From Candidatus Aenigmatarchaeota archaeon (GTDB taxonomy: Archaea > Aenigmatarchaeota > Aenigmatarchaeia > CG10238-14 > WAMV01): a stretch of DNA of 13,951 nucleotides. The DNA lies in assembly GCA_015522145.1 (NCBI GenBank), contig WAMV01000013.1, positions 1 to 13,951 of the forward strand, read 5' to 3'. Positions 7,212-13,951 of the stretch are shown in pieces. Every line of letters begins with the position of its first letter. The stretch's first letter is position 1. Under the pieces are notes generated by a model, which did no database searches, was not told where the DNA came from, and saw nothing but the letters and a program-made list of their open reading frames with translations. A program made the position numbers and the translations under genes.

Positions 7212-9629
7212 TCATTTGAGAAAACTTGTTAAGCCTTTTTGCTTGTCTTGAGATAAAATGTCTTGCTCGCTATAGCCTAGAGCTTTAAGCACCCTAGCTG
7301 CTGCGGGCACAACTTGATTATTAATATAGTACTCTGGATCGTAGTCTTCCAGCGTAACAAAGCTTGCAAATTCTGCCCTATCAGAAATGCTACCTTTTCC
7401 TTTAGTTATAACATAAGGTATTATGGAGCCTGGGCCAAGAGGTATGCCCCTACCCATAGCTTTTTGTGCTGCTTTAACATGCGGTCCTATTTGCTCATAT
7501 TGGCTTATTGGTTTTGTTAGTTGCTCATAGATAACTAAATCCTTTAAGCTAACTTCTCTTTTCCTTATTTTTTCTATGGTTTCTCTAACTAGATTTAACG
7601 CTTTATCAACGTTTTGCTCAGATAAAATTATTTCTAGCACTTTTCTTTGGATTTCTTTAGCTAGCTGGCACCAATCCCTGCGCACAGTTTCAAAGCCTCT
7701 TATCTCAATTTTGCCATCATAGCCAAGCAATGCATACCTTTTCTTAGCTCCTTTCTCGCCTTTTTGCCTAGTAACAAAAATCCCAGATTTATATATGCCC
7801 CTAAGCTCAAGCTCAATTATTCCTGGCAAAGTTCTGTTTACCTTTTCCTCAAATTTTTTTGCAAATTTTTCAAGCTCTTCTTTGCTTAATCCAGGCTTAG
7901 TTACAAAAATGCTGTCTGTGTCGCCATAGATTACTTTAAAGCCTTCCTGCTTTGCCATTTCAACTATTTTTGTTATGTAATGTCTGCCAAAAGCTGCTGC
8001 ACTAGCTCCACATTCACGCCTGTACCACCTAGCTCCAAAATAACCAAAATAGCCGTAAGTTGCATTAGCTATTATTTTCAAAGCATACTGCATGTTGTAA
8101 AGAATTTCGTACTCTTTGCTTTCTTTGCTAAGTTTTTTCATCTCAGCCTTTATTCTTTTTCTTTCTTTAATTATAGCATAAAGATGTTTTGGAATAAAGC
8201 CTTGCACCTTTGTGCAAAAATGATAGTTAAGCTCTGGTACTTTGTTTTTTTGTTTGCACTCTTCATGCCCACAGTTAAAAGTTTCTGGCGAAATGTTATG
8301 CGTAACTATAATTGTTGGGTATAGCGACATAAAATCGTAAACAACTATGTTGCTATGAATTCCCTTTTCAGGCTCTATTACTATTGCTCCTTTGTAAGCT
8401 GGCTGCAACCTTCTTTTCATTATTTCCTCTTGCTTTGGTTGGTTTGGTATGATCATGCCATCATCATAAGCCTTTTTCATATAGTATGCTTCTACAAGCT
8501 GACTGTAGGTGTAGCGGGAAGCATCAAATGGCAAGGTTGTTGTTAAGCTGGCTAAAGCCATTATTTGCATCAAAACAAATTGGCCAAGCCTATAAGTTAG
8601 GTAAGAATCATGCAAGCAATACTCAGCAAGCTTCTCCAAGCCTTTTTTGCTTTTCCAGATTTCAAACATTTCCTCATAGCTAACATCTTTTTTGCCCTCG
8701 CCAAGCAACTCATTAGCTACTTCATCTAGCGTAAGCACCTCGCTTTTCAAGAAAGGCGCAAGTATATGGCTTACGAAAACAAAAATATCTATGTGTACTC
8801 TTCCTTCTATTCTTGCTGCAGAAACTCTGCCTCGCCTAACAAATTTAACTTCTTTACCATTTCTTCCCAGACTTAACTTTATTCCATATTCATGAGCTTT
8901 TTCCCTCACTTTTGGAAAATCAAAATTATCTCCATTGTAGGTAAAAATTATGTCTGGGTCTTCCTTCTTTATTATTTCAATAAATTTCCTGATTATTTCT
9001 TTCTCGCTTTTAACGCTGACAACATATTCTTGCTTTTCCGGCCAGTCATAACTTGTTATAACGTATTTTTTGGTTGGGGTGTAAACGCTTATCATTATCA
9101 ACTCTTCTTTACCTTCCACTTCCACAAACTCTGTGTCAAACGCTAAAAGCTTTAAGTTTGGTAAGAAGTTGGCTTGCAATGGTTTGAAGCTTATTAGCTT
9201 ACCATCTTCTATTTTTGCTTCAAACCAACTTGCTGGACTTAAGCTTTTGTCTATCAAAAACCTTCTGTAGAAATTTATGCTGTACTCATAAGTTTCTTCA
9301 ACTTCTTCAAAATTCTTAACCAAGTCTCTAGCTTTTTGCAACTTAGCTGGGTCGTCTATTGTTACTTTAATGAGCTTTCTTGCTTGCATACCTATTTTTT
9401 TCTCAACTATGCTTAAGCTTACAAGCTTGCATTTCGCTTTGCTAAAATCCACTTTTTTTATTTTCTCTAATAGTTGGTTTTCTTTTCCTTCAGAAGGCAA
9501 AACATAAAAGTAAGGATAAAATTCTTCATAGCTCAAGGTTTTTGTATTGCCTTCTTCATCTTTACAAGTAAGTATAATTTTTGGTATTTTGCTAAACTCA
9601 TAGTTTGCATCGAGCAAAAACAATTTCAC
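7212..9629 (-). CDS. polB: Family B DNA polymerase (PolB3-like) with 3'-5' exonuclease; GTG start
   Basis: Exo I AFDTE, Exo II YNGDNFDF, Exo III YCLHD, YxGA 'YKGA', motif A DFMSLYPTII, motif B KIIANATYGY, motif C YGDTDS, C-terminal PIP box QKGLTSFL. Continuous, with no intein. Confidence 0.98.
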   Translation of the reverse strand: MKLFLLDANYEFSKIPKIILTCKDEEGNTKTLSYEEFYPYFYVLPSEGKENQLLEKIKKVDFSKAKCKLVSLSIVEKKIGMQARKLIKVTIDDPAKLQKARDLVKNFEEVEETYEYSINFYRRFLIDKSLSPASWFEAKIEDGKLISFKPLQANFLPNLKLLAFDTEFVEVEGKEELIMISVYTPTKKYVITSYDWPEKQEYVVSVKSEKEIIRKFIEIIKKEDPDIIFTYNGDNFDFPKVREKAHEYGIKLSLGRNGKEVKFVRRGRVSAARIEGRVHIDIFVFVSHILAPFLKSEVLTLDEVANELLGEGKKDVSYEEMFEIWKSKKGLEKLAEYCLHDSYLTYRLGQFVLMQIMALASLTTTLPFDASRYTYSQLVEAYYMKKAYDDGMIIPNQPKQEEIMKRRLQPAYKGAIVIEPEKGIHSNIVVYDFMSLYPTIIVTHNISPETFNCGHEECKQKNKVPELNYHFCTKVQGFIPKHLYAIIKERKRIKAEMKKLSKESKEYEILYNMQYALKIIANATYGYFGYFGARWYRRECGASAAAFGRHYITKIVEMAKQEGFKVIYGDTDSIFVTKPGLSKEELEKFAKKFEEKVNRTLPGIIELELRGIYKSGIFVTRQKGEKGAKKRYALLGYDGKIEIRGFETVRRDWCQLAKEIQRKVLEIILSEQNVDKALNLVRETIEKIRKREVSLKDLVIYEQLTKPISQYEQIGPHVKAAQKAMGRGIPLGPGSIIPYVITKGKGSISDRAEFASFVTLEDYDPEYYINNQVVPAAARVLKALGYSEQDILSQDKQKGLTSFLK

Positions 9630-9649
9630 AATTAAAAATTAAAATTGGT

Positions 9650-10285
9650 TTACTTAAAAACAAAACCTGTTTTGCTTGCCCACAAAAGCAAATCAAGCTC
9701 TCGCATAGGAATTCCAATCTTTTTAGAGAATTGCTGCATTGTTTTTTCTATTTCCAAATATTTTTTCTTGCTTAATGATTTTGGGATTTGGCTAATGACT
9801 TTTAATTCCTGCAAGCTTTTGAGAATATGCACATCAAGTATAGCTAGTTGTTTAGCAATTCCTACGTTGCGCAAAAAATGGCTTGCTTCTTTAAAGCCCA
9901 GACCTTTAACATTAATAGCAAAATACTCTCGCAAATAGTACTCGTTGCCTAGGCTTAATTTATTTTTTATGATAATTTTACCGTTCTTGCTGAATTGTTT
10001 TCTAGCAAGCAATATGTACTTAGCTTTGGTTTCCTTAAACCTAATGCCTTCTAGAAATTTCAAAATTTCCTGATAGCCGCCCGTAAATAGCTTGCCTGAA
10101 TTGTAAAGTCTTTCTATAGCCCTCCAACAAACAGTTGCTTTGCTTTGTGGTGTGCATAAGCAAAAGGCAAGCTCAGCAAAAATTCTTTCATCGCTAGCAT
10201 TCCTAAGCTTCTCAAATTCAGCAATTCTTTTCTTTATGTCAAATCTTAGCTTAGAATAAAGCTCTTTGAGCTGGGAAATTTTCAT
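9650..10285 (-). CDS. ogg: 8-oxoguanine DNA glycosylase/AP lyase (Ogg2-type N-glycosylase/DNA lyase)
   Basis: 'FAELAFCLCTPQS', HhH 'VKGLGFKEASHFLRNVG', catalytic Asp in 'AILDVHIL', C-terminus 'LDLLLW..KTGFVFK' ending in the conserved Lys. Confidence 0.95.
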   Translation of the reverse strand: MKISQLKELYSKLRFDIKKRIAEFEKLRNASDERIFAELAFCLCTPQSKATVCWRAIERLYNSGKLFTGGYQEILKFLEGIRFKETKAKYILLARKQFSKNGKIIIKNKLSLGNEYYLREYFAINVKGLGFKEASHFLRNVGIAKQLAILDVHILKSLQELKVISQIPKSLSKKKYLEIEKTMQQFSKKIGIPMRELDLLLWASKTGFVFK

Positions 10286-10647
10286 TATTTAACTACGTAG
10301 CCGCGTTTTTTTATTTCTTTTTTCACTCTTTTTGGCTTAAACTCCTTAATCATTATTTCCATGGCCTTCATAACTTTTTCTTCATCTGTGCAAGCGAAAA
10401 TATCTAAAGCAAGATAATTCTTTTCAGGCCAAGTATGCAAAGCTATATGGCTGGTTGTTAACAAAGTTGCAGCAGTTAAGCCGTAAGGCTTAAACTTATG
10501 GTAAACAAATTTTCCTTTTATTTCAACCAAACCAGACTCTTTTATCGCTTTCTTAAAAACTTTTTTAACAAATAGAATATCGTCTAGATATTTCCTCTTT
10601 ACTCCATACATTTCTAGCAATACGTGAGTTCCTTTCTTCATAGCCAT
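10285..10647 (-). CDS. speD: Pyruvoyl-dependent decarboxylase proenzyme of the S-adenosylmethionine decarboxylase (class 1B) family
   Basis: 'GTHVLLEMYG', 'HKFKPYGLT', 'TSHIALHTWPE', 'DIFAC'. Its stop overlaps the ogg start (TAATG). Substrate uncertain. Confidence 0.9.
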   Translation of the reverse strand: MAMKKGTHVLLEMYGVKRKYLDDILFVKKVFKKAIKESGLVEIKGKFVYHKFKPYGLTAATLLTTSHIALHTWPEKNYLALDIFACTDEEKVMKAMEIMIKEFKPKRVKKEIKKRGYVVK

Positions 10648-10668
10648 CAGACGTAATCTCTAACCTCC

Positions 10669-10675
10669 TTATAAA
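10669..10675 (-). promoter_or_regulatory. TATA-like box of speD
   Basis: Minus-strand TTTATAA begins 28 nt upstream of ATG 10647. Confidence 0.5.
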
Positions 10676-10705
10676 AAATATTTTGGTAAAACTTTCTCTT
10701 AAAAT

Positions 10706-11026
10706 TTAGCCAACTAGCCTTATTTCAATGTGCACATCTCTGGGAATGTTTATTCTCATTATTTGCTTAAGCGCTCTCTCATCTGCTTGCACATCAATTA
10801 TGCGCTTATGAATCCTTAGCTCAAACCTATCAAAGGTTGCGTTACCATGACCTGTGCCATCACCACAGGGAGTTTTCAAAACAGTTAGTTTTAGTTTTTT
10901 GGTTGGTAATGGTATTGGACCTCTGTAAGAAACACCCAGTTTTTTAGCAATGCTAATTATCTCTTTGCTAATCTCATCTAGCTTTTTGTAATCCTTGCCT
11001 ATTAGCTTAATTCTTGCCATTTGCAT
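10706..11026 (-). CDS. rpsJ: 30S ribosomal protein S10 (uS10)
   Basis: 'ARIKLIG', 'GPIPLPTK', 'KTPCGDG', 'DRFELRIHKRIID', 'ALKQIMRINIP'; archaeal type. Confidence 0.98.
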   Translation of the reverse strand: MQMARIKLIGKDYKKLDEISKEIISIAKKLGVSYRGPIPLPTKKLKLTVLKTPCGDGTGHGNATFDRFELRIHKRIIDVQADERALKQIMRINIPRDVHIEIRLVG

Positions 11027-11052
11027 GTTAAATTATATGTGAAAAAGTGTTT

Positions 11053-11058
11053 TTTAAA
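11053..11058. promoter_or_regulatory. Palindromic TTTAAA, candidate shared TATA box for divergent rpsJ and PqqD-like genes
   Basis: 29 nt upstream of ATG 11082 on the plus strand and 32 nt upstream of ATG 11026 on the minus strand. Confidence 0.5.
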
Positions 11059-11081
11059 TTTGTTGTTATTTAAAAATGATT

Positions 11082-11354
11082 ATGGCAAACAACGATTTCA
11101 GGCCAGTTAAAGCTAAAGATCTCAAGATAATTCAGTACATGAACAACTATTTTGCTACTTTTGACGGTAAGAGACTCTGGCGCATAGAAAAATGGGTTGC
11201 TGAACTTTTGAAAATGTGTAATGGCAAGAGAACTTTTTCAACTTTAGTTAAGGAGCTTTCCCACATAACTGGACTGGAAGAGGATAAAATGGAAGAGGGG
11301 CTTAAAAAAATACTTGATGAGTTGAGAGAAAAGGGGTTTGTTGTTTATTTGTAA
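11082..11354 (+). CDS. Standalone PqqD/RiPP-recognition-element-like winged-helix protein (start 11082 favoured; 11076 possible)
   Basis: About 90 aa. Three short beta strands followed by three helices. 'LLKMCNGKRTFSTLVKEL' and 'ILDELREKGFV' match the PqqD pattern W/LxxCDGxRTxxxIxxxL...LxxLxxxGL. Confidence 0.75.
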   Translation: MANNDFRPVKAKDLKIIQYMNNYFATFDGKRLWRIEKWVAELLKMCNGKRTFSTLVKELSHITGLEEDKMEEGLKKILDELREKGFVVYL

Positions 11355-11355
11355 T

Positions 11356-11616
11356 TTATTTTAATGCTCTTCTTAGCTTTTTCAAAAGTTCCTCATCCGT
11401 AACCTCTTCTATGAAGGACTCTTTAGGAAATATCAGTCTATAAACACCAATTTTTCTTTCTTTTATCTTGCCTTCCCCTAGAAGCTCATGTACATAAATT
11501 GTTGCTGTTATCCTACTTACTTTAGCTAACTTAGCTATTTGCTGGATTGTTAAGCCATCAGGATGCTTCTTTATTATCTGGAATATCAATTCTTTGGTAT
11601 TCTTTCTTCTAGCCAT
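11356..11616 (-). CDS. Winged helix-turn-helix DNA-binding protein
   Basis: 'IFQIIKKHPDGLTIQQIAKLAKVSRITATIYVHELLGEGKIKERKIG', plus a C-terminal amphipathic helix. TTAAATA lies 29 nt upstream. Confidence 0.88.
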   Translation of the reverse strand: MARRKNTKELIFQIIKKHPDGLTIQQIAKLAKVSRITATIYVHELLGEGKIKERKIGVYRLIFPKESFIEEVTDEELLKKLRRALK

Positions 11617-11617
11617 A

Positions 11618-11664
11618 ATTAATGTTTGGATGCAAAGTTATTTAATATTAATGTTAACAATTAA
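11618..11664. promoter_or_regulatory. Candidate operator region upstream of the wHTH gene
   Basis: Direct repeat ATTAATGTT at 11618-11626 and 11647-11655; abutting palindromes TTAATATTAA (11642-11651) and TGTTAACA (11652-11659) over the TATA/BRE. Confidence 0.4.
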
Positions 11665-11666
11665 AG

Positions 11667-12410
11667 TTAAAAATAACCCAGAGCTTTGTAAATTTTGTAT
11701 TTGAAAGGAAGCTTAATTTCTCTTCCTACAAACTTGCTTGCTAAAAGTGCAAAAGCTAGGCTTGCTGGCGAATCCTGCTTGTAAAGAACTAAAGGCTGCA
11801 TTGCATTTATCGCTTTGTTAACATTTTTATCGTAGGGTATGGTTGCTATAACTGGCAAGCCAAGAGTTCTTTCCACATCTTGCTTCTTTAGCTCATCATC
11901 GCGCCTAGTTTTGTTAAGAACTATACCAAGAATAGGCACGTTTAGCAGCTTGGCTATCCTGACAACTTTCATGCTTGACATTAAAGCTGTTATCTCTGGG
12001 TTTGTTACAACTATCACTCTGTCGCTTGCCTTTATCGCCTCAATAGCCTCCCTACCTATGCCTGCAGCACCATCTATGAAAATAAAATCGTAATTATTCC
12101 TAAGGTTTTCTATTTTAAACCTTAGCAAAGACAAATCTGGATATGGCTGGTCTCTTACCATTGAAGCGGGCAATATGTCAACGTTATGGTATGAGTATAA
12201 AGCATTGTGCAAAAGAGTTTTTTCTTCCAACACATCAAGCAAATTTGCTTCTGGCACTAAGCCGAAATGAAAAGATAATGTAGGCGTAGTTATGTTAGCA
12301 TCCACAACCAACACTCTTTGCTGAAATTTATTTGCAAGCAAAACACTTAGGTTGGAAACAAAAGTTGTTTTGCCTACGCCACCTTTAGCACTAACAACGC
12401 TTATTATCAC
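11667..12410 (-). CDS. minD: MinD/ParA family P-loop ATPase; GTG start
   Basis: Deviant Walker A SAKGGVGKTT, switch I 'VVDAN', Walker B 'FIDGAAG', 'VVTNPE', 'VLNK', 'IPYD', C-terminal amphipathic 'FKYKIYKALGYF'. Confidence 0.9.
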   Translation of the reverse strand: MIISVVSAKGGVGKTTFVSNLSVLLANKFQQRVLVVDANITTPTLSFHFGLVPEANLLDVLEEKTLLHNALYSYHNVDILPASMVRDQPYPDLSLLRFKIENLRNNYDFIFIDGAAGIGREAIEAIKASDRVIVVTNPEITALMSSMKVVRIAKLLNVPILGIVLNKTRRDDELKKQDVERTLGLPVIATIPYDKNVNKAINAMQPLVLYKQDSPASLAFALLASKFVGREIKLPFKYKIYKALGYF

Positions 12411-12435
12411 AATTAAAAAGTTGTGTCTTTTAGCT

Positions 12436-12450
12436 AAAAAAATTAAAAAA
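12436..12450 (-). terminator. Tandem oligo-T tracts downstream of tuf
   Basis: Minus strand reads TTTTTT-AA-TTTTTTT starting 18 nt after the tuf stop codon. Confidence 0.55.
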
Positions 12451-12467
12451 GTGGGGTAGAATTAAGC

Positions 12468-13745
12468 TTACTTTGCCGGCGTCACGTCCAGCACGATTCC
12501 AGCTGCTATTGTTTTGCCCATGTCTCTTATAGCAAACCTTGCTAGTTGTGGGAATTCTGAATATTTTTCAATTACTAATGGCTTTGTTGGTCTTACTCTT
12601 ACTTTAGCTGCGTCTCCTGTTTTTATGAAATCAGGATTTTCCTGCACTACGCTTCCTGTTTGTGGGTCAACTTTTGCCATTATTTCTGTTATTGTACATG
12701 CAACGCTTGCTGTGTGCACGTGGAATACTGGCGTATAGCCAGGAGCTATAGCTGTTGGATGTTGCAATACTATTATTTGTGCCGTGAACTCTTGAGCAAC
12801 TGTTGGCTTAGCATTTGGATGACCAGCTACATCACCACGCTTAATGTCCTGCTTGCTTACACCTCTTACGTTAAATCCAATGTTGTCACCAGGCTTTGCT
12901 TCTTGAATTGGCTGATGATGCATCTCTATGCTTTTTACTTCTCCTTGAACGCCTGCTGGCTCAAAAACTACTGCATCACCAACTTTTAGCACGCCTGTCT
13001 CAACTCTTCCTACTGGTACTGTACCTACTCCTGTAATGGAATATACATCTTGGATTGGAATTCTCAAAGGCTTGTCAATTGGCTTTTCGGGCTCTTTAAT
13101 TGTAGCATCTAATGCCTCAACCAATGTTGGGCCATCCCACCATGGCATCTTGTCTGTTTTCTTAACTACGTTGTCGCCATAGTATGCTGATACTGGCACG
13201 AATGGGATTTGATCAACTTTGTAGCCGACGCTTTGCAATAGCTTGCTTGCTTCTTCCTTGATTTCCTCATACCTCTTTTGGTCGTAGTTTACTGTGTCCA
13301 TCTTGTTTATTGCGACTATTAGCTGATTAATACCTAATACCTTCAATAGCCAGGTGTGCTCTTTTGTTTGCTCTTGAATTCCTTCTCCCTGCTTGGCTGA
13401 AATTACTAGTATGGCTGCATCTGCCTGGCTTGCACCGGTAATCATGTTCTTAACGAAGTCTCTGTGGCCGGGAGCGTCTATTACGGTAAAGAAGTATTTT
13501 TGAGTTTCAAAAGGCCTGTGCATGACGTCTATGGTTAGTCCTCTTTGCCTTTCTTCTTTTAGCTTGTCCATTACGTAAGCAAACTCAAAGGTTTCCTTCT
13601 TGAATTCTTTAGCTAGTTCCTTTAGCTTTCTTAGCTCTTCTTCCCTTATTGCGCCTGAGTCGTAAAGTAGTCTACCAACTAACGTAGACTTGCCTGCGTC
13701 TACGTGGCCGGCAGTTATTAAGTTAATATGGGGTTTTGCAGGCAT
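12468..13745 (-). CDS. tuf: Translation elongation factor 1-alpha (archaeal EF-Tu)
   Basis: G1 GHVDAGKST, 'ERQRGLTID', [24 protein letters not shown], '[20 protein letters not shown]', 'FAIRDMG'. SD-like AGTGAT lies just upstream of the ATG. Confidence 0.99.
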   Translation of the reverse strand: MPAKPHINLITAGHVDAGKSTLVGRLLYDSGAIREEELRKLKELAKEFKKETFEFAYVMDKLKEERQRGLTIDVMHRPFETQKYFFTVIDAPGHRDFVKNMITGASQADAAILVISAKQGEGIQEQTKEHTWLLKVLGINQLIVAINKMDTVNYDQKRYEEIKEEASKLLQSVGYKVDQIPFVPVSAYYGDNVVKKTDKMPWWDGPTLVEALDATIKEPEKPIDKPLRIPIQDVYSITGVGTVPVGRVETGVLKVGDAVVFEPAGVQGEVKSIEMHHQPIQEAKPGDNIGFNVRGVSKQDIKRGDVAGHPNAKPTVAQEFTAQIIVLQHPTAIAPGYTPVFHVHTASVACTITEIMAKVDPQTGSVVQENPDFIKTGDAAKVRVRPTKPLVIEKYSEFPQLARFAIRDMGKTIAAGIVLDVTPAK

Positions 13746-13795
13746 AGTATCACTAATTTATGTAATGATGAGTTAGCTTATATTTTTAACCTTTT

Positions 13796-13951
13796 TCACT
13801 GGGTTTTGCTAAGGATTTCTTTTAGCTTTCTTAGCTCTTCCTGCCCTGGCAAGCCTGAAAAAATTACTTTGCCATCTATAACTAAGCTTGGAACAGCTTT
13901 TATTCCATAGCTTTCAGCTAGTTTGCAGCAGCTTCCATCTTTACATTCATA
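13796..13951 (-). CDS. 3' part of a small thioredoxin/glutaredoxin-fold protein (5' end outside the window)
   Basis: Manual translation: ...[51 protein letters not shown]. Contains the cis-Pro segment 'YGIxAVPxLVIDGK..F.G.P'. Confidence 0.85.
   Translation of the reverse strand, partial: YECKDGSCCKLAESYGIKAVPSLVIDGKVIFSGLPGQEELRKLKEILSKTQ

Noticed and set aside
7212..9629. Intein, split or inactivated PolB
   Set aside because: 805-aa continuous ORF with all exonuclease and polymerase catalytic motifs intact and no insertion at motifs A, B or C.
7314..9938. Plus-strand ORFs within polB and ogg
   Set aside because: Antisense shadows with F/S/C-biased composition and no motifs.
10663..10670. 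Perfect Shine-Dalgarno-like AAGGAGGT upstream of speD
   Set aside because: It is about 15 nt from the ATG and abuts the TATA box, so it is probably not transcribed from the speD promoter. It could matter only for rpsJ read-through.
11839..13910. Plus-strand ORFs 11839-12093, 12514-12738, 12660-12989 and 13728-13910
   Set aside because: Antisense to minD, tuf and the thioredoxin-fold gene.
1..13951. CRISPR array, IS element, rRNA or stop-codon reassignment
   Set aside because: No spaced repeats, transposase or terminal inverted repeats seen. TAA, TAG and TGA all end genes at expected positions, for example polB TGA just after the PIP box and lysS/map TAG.

Overview
AT-rich, gene-dense archaeal chromosome segment. 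The markers are archaeal (intron-containing tRNA, class I LysRS, Orc1/Cdc6, type II MetAP, PolB with PIP box, Ogg, uS10, EF-1alpha). Tiny intergenic spaces and a tRNA-Ile(UAU) suggest a streamlined, possibly DPANN lineage, which is inference. Gene order: tRNA-Ile(UAU) with 29-nt intron > MFS transporter > lysS > short cdc6 > unknown 408-aa helical protein >< HAD-like hydrolase <> map >< unannotated 47-aa C4 zinc-ribbon ORF < polB < ogg < speD-like < rpsJ <> standalone PqqD/RRE-like protein >< winged-HTH < MinD/ParA < tuf < partial thioredoxin-fold gene. I see no CRISPR array, transposase, integrase, intein or rRNA. Most genes have a TATA-like box about 27-32 nt upstream of the start codon, consistent with leaderless mRNAs. 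The most notable items are the rare UAU Ile tRNA with a shifted splice motif, a MinD + wHTH + RRE cassette separating tuf from rpsJ, a missed zinc-finger microprotein behind polB, a TSH-variant SpeD, and an overlapping convergent unknown/HAD gene pair. None is proven to be a new system from sequence alone.
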